From NCBI GenBank assembly GCA_963833425.1, contig CAWHXP010000020.1, forward strand, positions 1 through 64,000: a stretch of DNA of 64,000 bases, read 5' to 3'. Positions 42,340-54,135 of this stretch are shown piece after piece (the stretch's first letter is position 1; the number at the start of each line of letters is the position of its first letter). The position numbers and the translations under genes are program-made. Below the pieces are notes generated by a model. The model had not been told where the DNA came from. It made no database searches and was given only the letters and a program-made list of their open reading frames with translations. Source of the stretch: an uncultured Methanosarcinaceae archaeon (GTDB lineage: Archaea; Halobacteriota; Methanosarcinia; Methanosarcinales; Methanosarcinaceae).

Positions 42340-42560
42340 GGATCCTGGGTAGGATGTTCAAAGATAATAATTATATTGATGAAGCTTTGAGACTTTTCCT
42401 TGAAAGCATCTCATATATCTGGGTGCAAAGGAGTTATTAATTTGAGCCTGTACAGATAGTGTGTGCTTTGTGCAGAGGCTATAGTTTTCGGGAGGAATAG
42501 TCCTACTACACATATGTTAATAGACCTCTTTCAGGTCGTCTGGCAGCTTGATCGTGTCCA
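42340..42560 (+). pseudogene. Short remnant, possibly moeA N-terminus
   Basis: GRMFKD..IDEALRLFLES after an AGGAGG RBS, directly behind the moaD-like gene; quickly degenerates. Confidence 0.35.
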
Positions 42561-43339
42561 TTCAAACGTAATACTATTTAAAATTTTTGATATATATAAC
42601 CCGAAAATAATTAGATACATAATTTAGCTTCTTTTGTAGGAGATAATTAGCTTTAAAACTTGAACTCATTATAACGGAAAAAGAGCTTGAAAATAAGAAA
42701 ATTGCCAGGTAATTATCCGGCAGAAGTGAAGTAATCATGAACATGATTTTCAGACGAGAATCTAGGTATTTTAAAAGCTTTTTTGATTTATTGTAGTCAA
42801 TGCAAGTGGAATTAAATGTAAAAATTGGCGATCTCAGAAGATATTAAAAAATCTCATCATTTAGGAAAGAATTTTTGTGAGATAACTGTTGGCTCAGCAT
42901 CCACTTTTATACAGCTAATGGAAAGAATACAGAATCAATCGGATTTTACTGAACCTTCAGTACACTACCCTAAATCAAAATTAGATTCTGAATTTGTTGA
43001 CCATACTGTTATTTCTTCATTCCTCTTAAATATTAAAACCTCTTTTAAACATAAAAATCAAACTGTAAATTAGGGAATTAATTTTTGCACTGTATTAGCT
43101 TTTTTCTTCACAATTTATATAATCTATTAAATTTAATAGCTAAAATATCGTCAAAAATTGAAAAAAATAATTATCTAAGAAGATCCTTGTTCAATTAATT
43201 CATAAAAATAGGTCAAAAATATTATGACAATAATATTGCTTTTCCATTTTTCTCAAATATGAAAACCTCCTTTCAAAATAAAAATCAAAACGTCAAATTG
43301 AGGATAAAAATGGATGACATCCATTTGGAAATAGAAAAA

Positions 43340-43384
43340 TTGACGCTCATATCCCCCGGGTCATAACCCAGGGTTTTACGCTTC
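43340..43384. mobile_element. Solo IS200/IS605-type end hairpin
   Basis: TTGACGCTCAT..CCCCGGGT-cata-ACCCAGGG-TTTTACGCT; flanks match 9590-9636. Confidence 0.45.
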
Positions 43385-43487
43385 ATCCGCCTTCTCGGAA
43401 CTTATTCTCGTCGTTAAAAAATGCTTAATTGTAGACATCATCTGGATATAAATTTTTAAATCGGTTTCAAATGAGGTTTGGCGTAAT

Positions 43488-44720
43488 TTAGTGGTGAATT
43501 GAGTCATAAGCACTCTCACCATGGATAGATATATCGAGACCTATGAGCTGTTCTTCATCTGAAGCTTTGACCGGAGTTATTAGATTTATGAATATCAGCA
43601 TGATATAAGTAAACACAAATGCATAAATCGAAGCACCAGCAACAACCACTATTTCTTTGATAAAGAAACCGGTTCCGCCATAAAGAAGTCCATTGGTCAC
43701 TGCCGGATTTATGACATTTGAAGCGAAGATTCCTAGGAAAATTGTCCCAGTCACTCCTCCAATTCCATGGACACCCCATACATCCAGAGCATCATCCCAT
43801 TCCATCTTATTTTTAATATGTACCGCAAAATAGCAGACAATGGCTCCGAGGATACCCATTAGCGCAGCTACTGGCAGGGACACGAAGCCTGCTGCAGGTG
43901 TGACAGTTGCAAGGCCAGCAACTGCTCCTGTCATAAGCCCTACAAACTTTGGTTTCGTTTCCTTGAACCAATCAACTATCATCCAAGTGATTGCTGCAAA
44001 AGAAGCTGCAACATCTGTGTTCATGAAAGCAAGTGAGGTAATTCCATCTACATGAAGCTCACTACCAGCGTTAAAGCCATACCATCCAAACCAGAGAAGT
44101 GCAGTTCCGATAGCCATTAAGGGAATGTTGTTTGGCTTTGAATGTTTATACATCCTTGAACCCACATAAAATACTGATCCAAGAGCTGCAAATCCCGCTG
44201 TCGCATGGACTACGATTCCACCTGCAAAATCAAAGATTCCCATTTTTGCAAGAAGGCCTCCTCCCCATATCATATGGACAAAAGGATAGTATACAAAGAG
44301 CTGCCAGCTGATTAAGAAGATGATGTAAGCCTTAAAAGTAATTCGATTTGCAAATGCTCCGGTAATCAGAGCCGGAGTAATGATCGCAAACATCATTTGG
44401 TAGGCTACAAAGACGAGTTCTGGGATTTCACCGTTTCCAAACATAGTAGTTGGAGTAATGCCGTGCAAAAACATTTTGTCCAAGTTTCCCATGATTGCGC
44501 CTTCTCCTCCGCTGAAGCACAGAGAATAACCAACTATAAACCATAATACAGTTGTCATCCCTAGAGAAACAAAACTCTGCATCATAATTCCTAAAATATT
44601 TCGCTTTGAGGCAAGACCTCCGTAAAAGAATGCCAGACCAGGAGTCATAAGCATCACAAGGCTTGTCGCAAGCAGCATAAAACCTGTTGAGCCAGTATTT
44701 AACATATATTCATCCCACAT
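43488..44720 (-). CDS. amt: Ammonium transporter
   Basis: MTPGLAFFYGG, DFAGGIVVH, LWFGWYGFNAGS, DDALDVWGVHG twin-His; start may be 44705. Confidence 0.95.
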   Translation of the reverse strand: MWDEYMLNTGSTGFMLLATSLVMLMTPGLAFFYGGLASKRNILGIMMQSFVSLGMTTVLWFIVGYSLCFSGGEGAIMGNLDKMFLHGITPTTMFGNGEIPELVFVAYQMMFAIITPALITGAFANRITFKAYIIFLISWQLFVYYPFVHMIWGGGLLAKMGIFDFAGGIVVHATAGFAALGSVFYVGSRMYKHSKPNNIPLMAIGTALLWFGWYGFNAGSELHVDGITSLAFMNTDVAASFAAITWMIVDWFKETKPKFVGLMTGAVAGLATVTPAAGFVSLPVAALMGILGAIVCYFAVHIKNKMEWDDALDVWGVHGIGGVTGTIFLGIFASNVINPAVTNGLLYGGTGFFIKEIVVVAGASIYAFVFTYIMLIFINLITPVKASDEEQLIGLDISIHGESAYDSIHH

Positions 44721-45011
44721 AATTTATATTAGTAACTAGGAAGCCTCATATTCCTCTCCTTCTTCCTATTTATTTATATATAATATTTCCGATTTCCTAC
44801 AATAAAAAGATATTGCAGTTGCATGAGTTGATGCTTTAACTGACAAAAAAGTAAATTCACCTTATTTGACTAGATTAGCTAGCTATTTACTACTTTGGGA
44901 GTCTGAGAGTCTAAAATACTTCCACCTCTAGGTAGGGATGAACCAAAAAACTGGTCATGACAATCTACATGAGCATGATAAACCTTTTCAGAAAACTTTT
45001 GTAAAAATTAT

Positions 45012-46151
45012 TTAATTAATGTTCTCATTAATTTCTTCTTCAAACATTTTTCTAACAGCATTAGGCCCTTTTAGCTCTCCTGCGAGCCTGCGTAGTCTCT
45101 TAGTGTTGTTCCGGTACATATCATTTTTCAGGACTTCCCGAATGCATTCAAGAATGATTTCAGGAACAGTAGAATAACCAAGCATCATACCATAGCCTTT
45201 CTCATTGATCACTTTAGCATTATTCTCCTGCTCTCTGTGTTCTTTGTCAGGAAAAGAGAGGATAGGAATCCCGAAGCTAAGGGCTTCCATTATAGTACTG
45301 TGCCCACCCGGAGCTATGACTACGTCGGAACTTTTGAGGTATGGGAAAGCATCTTTTATAAAATTAAGGATTTGCACATTTTCTGGCAGATCAATCAGTT
45401 TTGAGGGATTAAAGGAAGGGCCTGAAATGAGTGTATAATGAATCGATGGATCGAGTTTTGCTGTTTCGAGCACTTTTTTGAAAATAAGTTCTCTATATCC
45501 GAACCCACCTATTAGAGAAACAATGTGTGGTCTCTTGAGAGGAATTTTTTCAACATCTTCATACTTTTCTTTTATAAGAGGGCCGCTGTAAAACACCTTT
45601 GCTTCGAATTTCGGGGTAAAACTCAGGTTTTCCTTGCAGACAGTATAGGGAAGTGGATAATCAGGAATAATCAGTTTGTCTACTTTTTCAAAAACCTGGT
45701 TGTAAAACTTTTTTGCAATTCCCCCAAGAATTCTGAGAGATACTCCGTTGTTTTCGAAAAATTCTTCCATATTTGATTGGTTGGTGATAAGATATATAGG
45801 AATTTTGAGCGTAAAGGCAGCAAGCACTCCCAGATAATAACTGTCTGAGAAAACGATATCAGGTTTTTTATCTTTTATAAGTCTTAGGAGCTTCGGGCCA
45901 CCCAGAATTTGGCTGCTTTTAAGAGTTGCTTTAATTGATCCTTTGATATCCAAGGCTCCTGCTTTTCCAACAAGTACTATTTCTGAAGGGATTTTATGCG
46001 CAGTGTACCCCGTTTTTTCTACCAACTCTTTTGAGTAGCCATAGGCTCCAAAGTGCACTTTGTGCCCAGCAGCAATAAACTCTTTCCCCAGCGCTAGGCA
46101 TCTACTTGTGTGGCCAAGCCCTTCTCCGCAGATTAAAATCATTATTATCAT
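45012..46151 (-). CDS. GT-B glycosyltransferase (MurG/GT28-like)
   Basis: GEGLGHTSR, APGGHSTIMEAL..G.P, EQENNA. Confidence 0.85.
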   Translation of the reverse strand: MIIMILICGEGLGHTSRCLALGKEFIAAGHKVHFGAYGYSKELVEKTGYTAHKIPSEIVLVGKAGALDIKGSIKATLKSSQILGGPKLLRLIKDKKPDIVFSDSYYLGVLAAFTLKIPIYLITNQSNMEEFFENNGVSLRILGGIAKKFYNQVFEKVDKLIIPDYPLPYTVCKENLSFTPKFEAKVFYSGPLIKEKYEDVEKIPLKRPHIVSLIGGFGYRELIFKKVLETAKLDPSIHYTLISGPSFNPSKLIDLPENVQILNFIKDAFPYLKSSDVVIAPGGHSTIMEALSFGIPILSFPDKEHREQENNAKVINEKGYGMMLGYSTVPEIILECIREVLKNDMYRNNTKRLRRLAGELKGPNAVRKMFEEEINENIN

Positions 46152-47018
46152 CTATTATATCTCCTTTTTCAAGATGGTTTATGCATGTCTTCACTACCTG
46201 CGATCAATAAGCTGCCGAAAGTTATGATGTGGAGCTTAAGCATTGAATTACAAAATCAGAGACGCGATATATCAAAAGTCACTTTCAAAAATGTGCATGT
46301 GAGCGATTTTGATCCTAAGTTTAGAAGTCCTATATTATAATTTCTTCATTATCAGTAGTTTCAATTTGCTGCAATTAGAATGAAGATTCATATTCGTTTA
46401 GAATTTTTCCTCAATTATTTAAATAAGAAAAACTTCATCTATACATCTAACGATTCCATTTTTTTTATAATCGCCTCTAGAAAATCAATAATTTTAAAGG
46501 CCTAAAGTAGAAATTCAGTATATTTTCCACTAAATCAGTTTGTGATTTTTTGAGTGGGTATCTTTTAGATTTATACCTTATTAATCGAAAACGAAGTGCA
46601 GATTTCTTTCTTGATTAAATTTCATTAAGTAGTTCAGGAGTAATTTTATTGGGATATTATATAATGTCTAAATTCCATCTGTTACTAGTCAATAATATCC
46701 TGCCAGATTACTGATTTCAGTTTGTATACTGTGATCTAAATAACTGACATTTAAACATTAAAAATGTTACACATGATACATAGAATTACAAAAATAGTTG
46801 TTTGCAATGGTAATTTTAAACATATCATCATCTTATACAGGATACCAATTTATCTTTAAGTTTTTCCTTCGCGGAAGTCCTGTTCAAATCTGTCTCTCTG
46901 ATTCATGTATTTGCACAATCTTTTTTCTATTTCATTATTCTTTGATTTTAAAGAAAGTCCTCGCTATTTTTTAATATTGTTTAAAATATTTCATAACTTT
47001 TCGGTATGATTTCCAAAA

Positions 47019-49316
47019 TTAAGCTGTCTTGTAGCCGCAGATTTCGTCTCCATTTTTTTCTGAATCATTCAACTCGATATACGCAAAAAAATTCCCCACG
47101 AGGCCTCCTAAGTTTTTTGGGTTGGCGTCAATGAATTCTTTTCTTTCTTCTGGAGGGAAATACTCAAAGACTGAAAATTTACCAAGCTTACGTATCTGGG
47201 AACCCTGATAGCGAGAATCCATCAAGATCCGAATTCCAAAATCCTCTGGAGAGCGGACAATTCTTCCTATAGCCTGCCTTACTTTTCTGATTGTTGGCAC
47301 CTGAATTGCAAATTCCCATCCATCCCCGCAATCGAAAACAGTATCATAAGCAGATTCTACTGCTTTAATTCGATCGTTTAGAGCCGGATATCCTACCCCT
47401 ACTACGATAACTGTCCTACCACGATTATCTCTGAAATCAACGCCTTCAGTTAATGTTCCCCAGAGATAAGTTATAAGTAAAGATTTTCCTCCTTGCTCCC
47501 CGATTCTGAAAAATTTCTGTCGGATTTCTTGTGTTGAACACCCTATCTCGTCAAGGAATATAGGAATAGAAAGCTCAGATTCAAGGATTTTAGCATAGCG
47601 GAGTGCCTCAGCATAGCTTTGAAAATAGATGATAACGTTTCCTGAAGATGCGACAATGGCTGCAAGAAGAGCTTCTTTCAAACTCTCCAGAGTTTCGGGA
47701 TTATCCCGATTTTTTGCAAAAAGAGGGGGAACCGAAACTGAAAGTGTAAGCCTTCTTTCTTTGGGAAAGGTAATGCCATAGGAAATTTCTTCGACCTCTC
47801 GGGAGATACCGAGTGTTGACTTGATCATCTCAAAGGGGCGAAGTGTAGCTGACATGAGCAATGCTGCATAAACGGAATCAAACAATGGTTGAGTAATATT
47901 TTTGGGAATACATGTGAAAAGTTCGATCCTGCTAACTAACCTATTACTTTTTAAATCCCTGCGCACATTCAAAATGGGGTAGTAGTTTTGTCTGTTTGAA
48001 AGTATAATATAAGAAGACAAAAAATCTGCAACATACCTGATATGAGAACGCTTATGGACTGAATGAATCCCTTTTTTATAATTTTCTGCATAGATTGCTT
48101 CCAGCCTAACTCCAAATTCTTTTATTTCTCTAAGTACGATCAGGATTTCCTCTTCATCTTCAAATCCTTCTTTCTTGGCATCCCGCAAAAAGTGAGCTTT
48201 CAGAATGTCGAGACGTTCATAGGGGTCACTGATCTGAATATCTCGCCATTTTTTACTAAGGCTGCTCTTTTCTCCGAACTTCAACTTTGAGTTATACGTG
48301 TTACTGAGAGTTTTCAACAGACAAGAAAATAATCTTTTGGCATAAAGTCTGACTGCATAGTCCTTGTCAAGTGGAATGCCATTTCTTGGGTTATTGACTA
48401 TTCCAAGTACCGAAGAGCTGCCAGGTTCGGAAATTTCGCCTACTTCATAAAGAGATTTCTCGATGGTCAGTTCGGATAGCATTATGGAAGAATGAGAACG
48501 AGCAGACGCCTCTATATTATGTGCCTCATCAAATATGAGGATAATATCTTCCAAGTCGCGTTCAAGCCACTTCAGAAGAGTCATGAAAATTTCGGCACTG
48601 AGTACATGGTGAAAATTGCATATAAGAAGTTCGGTATTTTTGAGTTCCCTTTTGAGCAGCTCATATCCACACATATCTTGGTCCTGTGCGTACTTCATCA
48701 CCTCCTCTGGACTCCTTACATCGGAAAAGAGCCAGGATGAAAATTCATCTCCTTCAAATTTCAGGACCTCATAGAGCTTGGAACAGTGATGATTCCTCAA
48801 AGACTGAGCCCTTTCCCGAGCTTCTTCGACTTCTTTATTAAGCTCATTCATGAGAGCAATAAAAGAAGTATCTTTTGTCTGTTTATATTTTTTATAAATT
48901 TCTTCAAGCTCTTTTTCCTTTGATGAAATTTCCCGTTCAAATTCAAGAAGTTCGTATGTATTTTCACCATTTAGTTTGCATTCATCATAATCGAGATTTT
49001 CAGGGCACATAGAAGTCTTGCCTTTAAGTACAATAGTTTTTAAATTATTATTTAAGGATATTTCTTTTGCTTCATTTATAAACTGGATCATCTGTTGGTG
49101 AACATTAGTAACTACCATGATAATTTTATTAAGATTCTTTCTTACATTCAGTGCAGGAACAAGTGCACTCAGAGTCTTGCCGGTCCCACACGCTCCCTCA
49201 AAAAGTATTATTTTCTCCTGTAAGAGAGCCGAGTTAATTTTCTCCATTGCTTCTGCTTGGTTTGGGTAGCAGTTTTTCTTAGCAAAATAACGCATATATT
49301 CTTTTTTTTGTGTCAT
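47019..49316 (-). CDS. XPD/Rad3/DinG-family Fe-S DNA helicase
   Basis: GACGTGKT, Fe-S cysteines, DEAH, SAT, EGVDF, QAIGRIVRS. Confidence 0.93.
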   Translation of the reverse strand: MTQKKEYMRYFAKKNCYPNQAEAMEKINSALLQEKIILFEGACGTGKTLSALVPALNVRKNLNKIIMVVTNVHQQMIQFINEAKEISLNNNLKTIVLKGKTSMCPENLDYDECKLNGENTYELLEFEREISSKEKELEEIYKKYKQTKDTSFIALMNELNKEVEEARERAQSLRNHHCSKLYEVLKFEGDEFSSWLFSDVRSPEEVMKYAQDQDMCGYELLKRELKNTELLICNFHHVLSAEIFMTLLKWLERDLEDIILIFDEAHNIEASARSHSSIMLSELTIEKSLYEVGEISEPGSSSVLGIVNNPRNGIPLDKDYAVRLYAKRLFSCLLKTLSNTYNSKLKFGEKSSLSKKWRDIQISDPYERLDILKAHFLRDAKKEGFEDEEEILIVLREIKEFGVRLEAIYAENYKKGIHSVHKRSHIRYVADFLSSYIILSNRQNYYPILNVRRDLKSNRLVSRIELFTCIPKNITQPLFDSVYAALLMSATLRPFEMIKSTLGISREVEEISYGITFPKERRLTLSVSVPPLFAKNRDNPETLESLKEALLAAIVASSGNVIIYFQSYAEALRYAKILESELSIPIFLDEIGCSTQEIRQKFFRIGEQGGKSLLITYLWGTLTEGVDFRDNRGRTVIVVGVGYPALNDRIKAVESAYDTVFDCGDGWEFAIQVPTIRKVRQAIGRIVRSPEDFGIRILMDSRYQGSQIRKLGKFSVFEYFPPEERKEFIDANPKNLGGLVGNFFAYIELNDSEKNGDEICGYKTA

Positions 49317-49920
49317 GTGTTTAACCTGATATCTCCCCTACTCCGAAAGTCTTGTGTATTTTCAGACCCTTTGACTTTATGAACAAATCTCTCAAAATGT
49401 TAGTATTTCTGAAAATATTGTCAAATATATCCAAAGTTGGTTACATTCTTTAATTGAATAAAAACAGTGCCTAATACTAATAATCAACATAGAAAGGATA
49501 AGATTTATTTTTAGTTGTTGAGTGAAATTTTATTTTTGCTCTTCGAATTAAGAAAATAAATCTCTCAAAAAATTCAGAACAAAATCCAGATATATAGGAC
49601 CATCCAGTTGAACAATCATTGTTTATCTATAATACAATATCTACAAAGACTCATTTTCCCATTCGCAGATAGCATCCATAACCCATAGCACCGTTTTTCC
49701 GAACGATGTCAAAGAACATTCAACATAGGGTGATTTAGGGATCAACTTCCTTTAGGATTAACCATAATATTTATTAAGTTTCTTGCGCCGTTTAGTGAGC
49801 AATTTTGGAGAAACGCAATGTCAGCTTCGCCGAAACATTATAAAAGAAAATTCTCTGTTCGAGCTGCTAGAAAATAACAGGCGTCTATTTATCTACAATT
49901 ACATTCAAAGTACTTCAATC

Positions 49921-50773
49921 GGTTCCGTTGCAAAAATATCAGAATAAGCACGTAAATCATATGGATGATGAACAAAAGTCAAAATATCCGAGAAAAATGT
50001 ACCAATATTACAGAACTATTCCAAATAATTGATTGGTATATTTAGCTTCATTAAGACCCGAGTAGTTTAGATTCTTGATTTGTCCTTTTTTAACCATATT
50101 CAAAGCTTCAAATCCTTTTAAAATCTTAATTGCAGAGCGAAAAGACTGAAAGCTTAGCATTGGAGCAATTATCCACTTGATAGACCTATGATCTTGTTCT
50201 ACAATGTTATTCAAATACTTGACTTGTCTAATTTCAACCCTTTTAGAAACTTTTTTTCATTTTTCAATTCGTGTATGGCAATAGGATAAGCTGGATTCTT
50301 ATCAACTGTTATTGCTCTCGGCATTTGATTGTGATTTGAACTCAATGCTTTCTTAAGGAATCTCTTTGCAGCTTTTCTATTTAGTTTTGCACTTAACATG
50401 AAATCAATTGTGTTTCCATCTGAGTCAACTACTATGTAAATATATTTCCATTCACCTTTTATTTTTATATAAGTTCCATCAACTTTCCATGAATCGTTCG
50501 TTGGTCTTAAGTGCTTTCTTATCTTCTTTTCTATTTCAGGTGAATATTGATGCACCCATCTCATGATTGTCGGATGGTCGACATTTATTCCCCTTTCTGC
50601 CATCATTTCCTTTAAATTTCTATAGCTTAATGTATTTTTAAGTACCATCTTACGTTTAATAAAATAATTTCTCCTCATAGTGCTTCCATTTAAAGGAATT
50701 TACTGGCATACTATATGCTCCTAAATTTCTACTTTTTCAGTAAATCCCACTCATAATTTTTTGCAACGGAACC
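49921..50773 (-). mobile_element. IS6-family element, 853 bp, frameshifted transposase
   Basis: Perfect 16-bp TIR GGTTCCGTTGCAAAAA; WKVDGTY, TVDKNPAY, NNIVEQDHR; no exact target duplication. Confidence 0.92.
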
Positions 50774-51261
50774 CTTCGAAGAAGCTCCCTGAGAACTTCA
50801 ATATCAATAGACACAAGTAAAAAGGTAATGTCGGGATGGAAAATTAGTCAAAAAACAGATCATGAAATCAAACATGTAAATGCTTTGATAAGGCAATCAA
50901 ATAAAATGAGAAAGTCTGATTGTTATGCAACGGATAATGGGTAAGATTCAGAAAAAATACATTCTATTATTAGAGAATAAATCAAAGCAGATTCAATTAT
51001 ACCTGTAAGAGAGAAAAAAAGGAAGAAAATAAGGGGAAAATATAGAAAACAATTGAATCTGGTATTTAACAAAATTAAATATAATCAAAGAAATATTGTG
51101 GGGATAATATTTTCTAAAGTTAAAAGAAAATTAGGAGAAACATTAAGGTCAAGAAAATTCCGTTATCAAATAAAAGAGATTAAAATTAAATTAATAGTAT
51201 ACAACATAAACAAAACAGTTATAGAAATAATTTGCATCAAATTAAAGATTTCTACAGAGCC
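50774..51261 (+). mobile_element. 3' remnant of IS5-like transposase with terminal repeat
   Basis: DNG*DSEKIH, YNQRNIVG..FSKVKRK..LIVYNI; end GATTTCTACAGAGCC. Confidence 0.7.
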
Positions 51262-51289
51262 AGTTTTAAGTATATTTTTGAACATATAG

Positions 51290-52681
51290 ATGCAAATGCC
51301 TGATATTCTTATAAAAAATACAAGAATATATCATAATAATTCCCTTCAGCCTGCAGAAATCATTATTAAAGACAGCAAGGTTATAAAAATTGGAAAAGAC
51401 CTCAGAGTATCGAGTTCTGATATGATCATAGATGCCGCCGGTGCTCTTACTCTACCTGCAGGAATTGACGTGCATGTTCACTTCAGAGAACCCGGCATGA
51501 CAACAAAGGAAAATTGGTACACAGGTTCTTGTGCTGCAGCTGCTGGAGGAATCACTACTGTCATAGACCAGCCAAATACTATTCCCCCTACAACGGACAG
51601 ACGATCTTTTGAACAAAAACTCAAACTTGCCAGAGGAAAATCTATTATTGATTTTGGGATCAATGGTGGGGTAACGGGGAATATAAATAATTTAGAAAAG
51701 CTCTGGAAATCAGGAGTTACTGCTTTTGGAGAAATTTTCATGGCTGAGTCTACAGGTGGGTTAAATATCACTGAAAAGGCATTCATTGAAGCCCTCTACG
51801 AAATTAAAAAATTAGGAGCCCTTGCAAGCATCCATGCTGAAGACGAATATATATGTATCGAGCTGGAAAGGCTTCTAAAAGGGTATATTTCTTATGACTA
51901 TCATTCAAAAGTACGCCCCAATGAATGCGAAGCAGTTGCTGTTCAAAAAGCCTTAGAGATTATTTCCAAACTAAAAGTTAAGGCACATCTTTGCCATATA
52001 AGCACCCTTGAAGCTATAGGTATTATAAGAAAAGAAAAATATCGTGCGATAAGGGAGAACAAAATACCTCTATCTACTTGTGAAGTTACTCCTCATCACC
52101 TTTTTCTTTCAATAAGGGACTGTGAGAGACTCAGATCTTTCGGCAAAATGAATCCACCTCTTCGGGGAAATCAAAGTATCAAAGCCGTAGTAAATGGGAT
52201 AAATGATGGAACTATTGATATGGTAGCTTCAGACCACGCTCCACATTTGGAATCAGAAAAGGATACTGATATAAGGTTTGCTCCCTCCGGTGTGCCTGGA
52301 GTTGAAACTCTTATGCCTCTCATGCTTGCCGCAGTAAGGAAAAATATCCTTCCCCTTGCACAGATGATAATGGTTACAAGCTGGAATCCAGCAAAGTCTT
52401 TCGGGCTTGATCTTCATGCCAAAGGTAGGCTTGAAGCAGGTTTTGACGCAGATCTTATAATTGTGGATCCCCGTGCTCTTCAACCTATTAAAGCTGAGAT
52501 GCTACATAGTAAAGCTGGCTGGACACCTTTTGAAGGCATGGATGCAGTCTTCCCTAAGTATACTTTATCCAGAGGTGAGGTTATATGGATTGAGGAATCT
52601 ATTAATGCAAAACCTGGGAGGGGCAATTTTCTGAAAGGGGAGGGGAAAAAATCAGAAGAAGACTTTGAAGAAACTGAATAA
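51290..52681 (+). CDS. pyrC: Dihydroorotase
   Basis: IDVHVHFREPG, DQPNT, CHIST, CEVTPHHL, KMNPPLR, SDHAPH. Confidence 0.93.
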   Translation: MQMPDILIKNTRIYHNNSLQPAEIIIKDSKVIKIGKDLRVSSSDMIIDAAGALTLPAGIDVHVHFREPGMTTKENWYTGSCAAAAGGITTVIDQPNTIPPTTDRRSFEQKLKLARGKSIIDFGINGGVTGNINNLEKLWKSGVTAFGEIFMAESTGGLNITEKAFIEALYEIKKLGALASIHAEDEYICIELERLLKGYISYDYHSKVRPNECEAVAVQKALEIISKLKVKAHLCHISTLEAIGIIRKEKYRAIRENKIPLSTCEVTPHHLFLSIRDCERLRSFGKMNPPLRGNQSIKAVVNGINDGTIDMVASDHAPHLESEKDTDIRFAPSGVPGVETLMPLMLAAVRKNILPLAQMIMVTSWNPAKSFGLDLHAKGRLEAGFDADLIIVDPRALQPIKAEMLHSKAGWTPFEGMDAVFPKYTLSRGEVIWIEESINAKPGRGNFLKGEGKKSEEDFEETE

Positions 52682-52801
52682 AGCTCGATACAGAAGATGA
52701 ATAATATTTTTTTAGTAGAAAAAGAAATGTATTCATAAAAAAGTTTAGCTAGAATATTAAAGTGAAAAAATAAATATGTTTACGGAGAGCAGCTATTACT
52801 A

Positions 52802-53350
52802 TCAATACAAATCAATTGAGTCTAGCTGCGATTGCAAAAGTTCTTGATGCTTTTTTTCCAGGAACTTATAAACTGCACCGTGGGTAGCTCCATCAAGTAA
52901 CATCTTTATGGCTGTCCTTATTATAGTATTTTGTTCAGGGTGGCCAAGAATTGATACAGTTTTCCCGTATACTGAGATCTTGACGTTTATTAGAGTTTCT
53001 GCAAGCTCCCTAGTTCTCCCATTCCTTCCTATAATCCGGCCCTTTATGCGTTGGAGTTCTTTTGGAGTAGTAGCAATATCTGAAAGGTCAATGATCTCAA
53101 GCATAAGCATGTCATCTTCCAAAAGTTCAAGGGCTTTTTCGGGACTGAAACCTCTTCCGATAGCTTTGAGAGTTTCTAGAATCCTGAATTCTTTCAACGA
53201 ATCTCCTTCACAGGTGACATCTATTTTTCCACTGTCGCTGTCAATATCTAATTGACATACAGTTTTGTCCTCGATAAATTTTTTAGTTTCTCCTTTAGGG
53301 CCTATAATTGCTCCAACTCTTTCGTGGGGTATTTTGACATACTGAGTCAT
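52802..53350 (-). CDS. KH-domain RNA-binding protein (Dim2/Pno1-like)
   Basis: Two GxxG KH loops (IIGPKG, IIGRNG); start MTQYV at 53350 directly after rio1. Confidence 0.92.
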   Translation of the reverse strand: MTQYVKIPHERVGAIIGPKGETKKFIEDKTVCQLDIDSDSGKIDVTCEGDSLKEFRILETLKAIGRGFSPEKALELLEDDMLMLEIIDLSDIATTPKELQRIKGRIIGRNGRTRELAETLINVKISVYGKTVSILGHPEQNTIIRTAIKMLLDGATHGAVYKFLEKKHQELLQSQLDSIDLY

Positions 53351-53351
53351 G

Positions 53352-54128
53352 TTATTCCGCCTGTATTTTTGTAAATAGTTCTTCAGGTTTGTCTTTGATA
53401 CCATAGCGTCTGAAGAACCGAAGTATATTTTGTATGTCCCTGTAGAGAAACTCTCGAGCATTAGGATGTCCCAGGGTCACAGATTGCCCCATATCAATGA
53501 ATATAGGAGCCAAATTATTTGGGTCAATTAAAATGTTGTACTCGCTCAAATCTGCATGTACAAGACTTGCTTTTTTGTAGAGGAGACGCATGTATTCGAC
53601 TATTGTGCCAAAAACAAGTTTTTGGTCATCGTTTTCAAGAGACGTATTCTTCAGGGAGGAATATGGTATCTCTTTTTCTCCCATAAACTCCATGATAAGA
53701 ATGTTTTTCTCGGCAAATATCGGCTCAGGTACCCGGACTCCTGCGCTTTTTGCACGTTTGAGGTTCTGAAACTCCTTACGTGTCCATGCAAAAATTATAT
53801 CTCTCTTGTTATTTCTAATGTTTGTGAAGCGAGGGTCTTTCATGATATAGGCGTCCATAGCCCTAAAAGTGCTGCTGGAAATCCTATATATTTTTACTGC
53901 CAGTTCTTTTTCCGGACCCTCCGCATAGAATACATTTGCTTCTTTTCCAGTACTAATGGATCCACCCATTGCTCTTATTATGCCCTTATTGGAGATAGTA
54001 TAAAGGAGCTTAAGGGTAGGTATATCAAATACATTTTCTTCCACTTTAAGCCGCTCGGAGTCTTTCTCCTTAGCGCGTAATCTGTCCCTAGAGCTATCTA
54101 TTCTCCTTATTTTTTCTTCCTGATCCAT
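53352..54128 (-). CDS. rio1: RIO1 serine protein kinase
   Basis: ISTGKEANVF, AVKIY, LVHADLSEYNIL, IDMGQ. Confidence 0.95.
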   Translation of the reverse strand: MDQEEKIRRIDSSRDRLRAKEKDSERLKVEENVFDIPTLKLLYTISNKGIIRAMGGSISTGKEANVFYAEGPEKELAVKIYRISSSTFRAMDAYIMKDPRFTNIRNNKRDIIFAWTRKEFQNLKRAKSAGVRVPEPIFAEKNILIMEFMGEKEIPYSSLKNTSLENDDQKLVFGTIVEYMRLLYKKASLVHADLSEYNILIDPNNLAPIFIDMGQSVTLGHPNAREFLYRDIQNILRFFRRYGIKDKPEELFTKIQAE

Positions 54129-54135
54129 TCTTATA

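Noticed and set aside
49780..49842. Integron attC-like site (and a similar GGCGCAAGA stretch near 58560)
   Set aside because: Only a loose resemblance; no paired core sites, cassette array or integron integrase recognised.
52802..53461. 219-aa version of the KH protein
   Set aside because: The extension overlaps rio1; ATG 53350 directly after the rio1 stop fits the operon.
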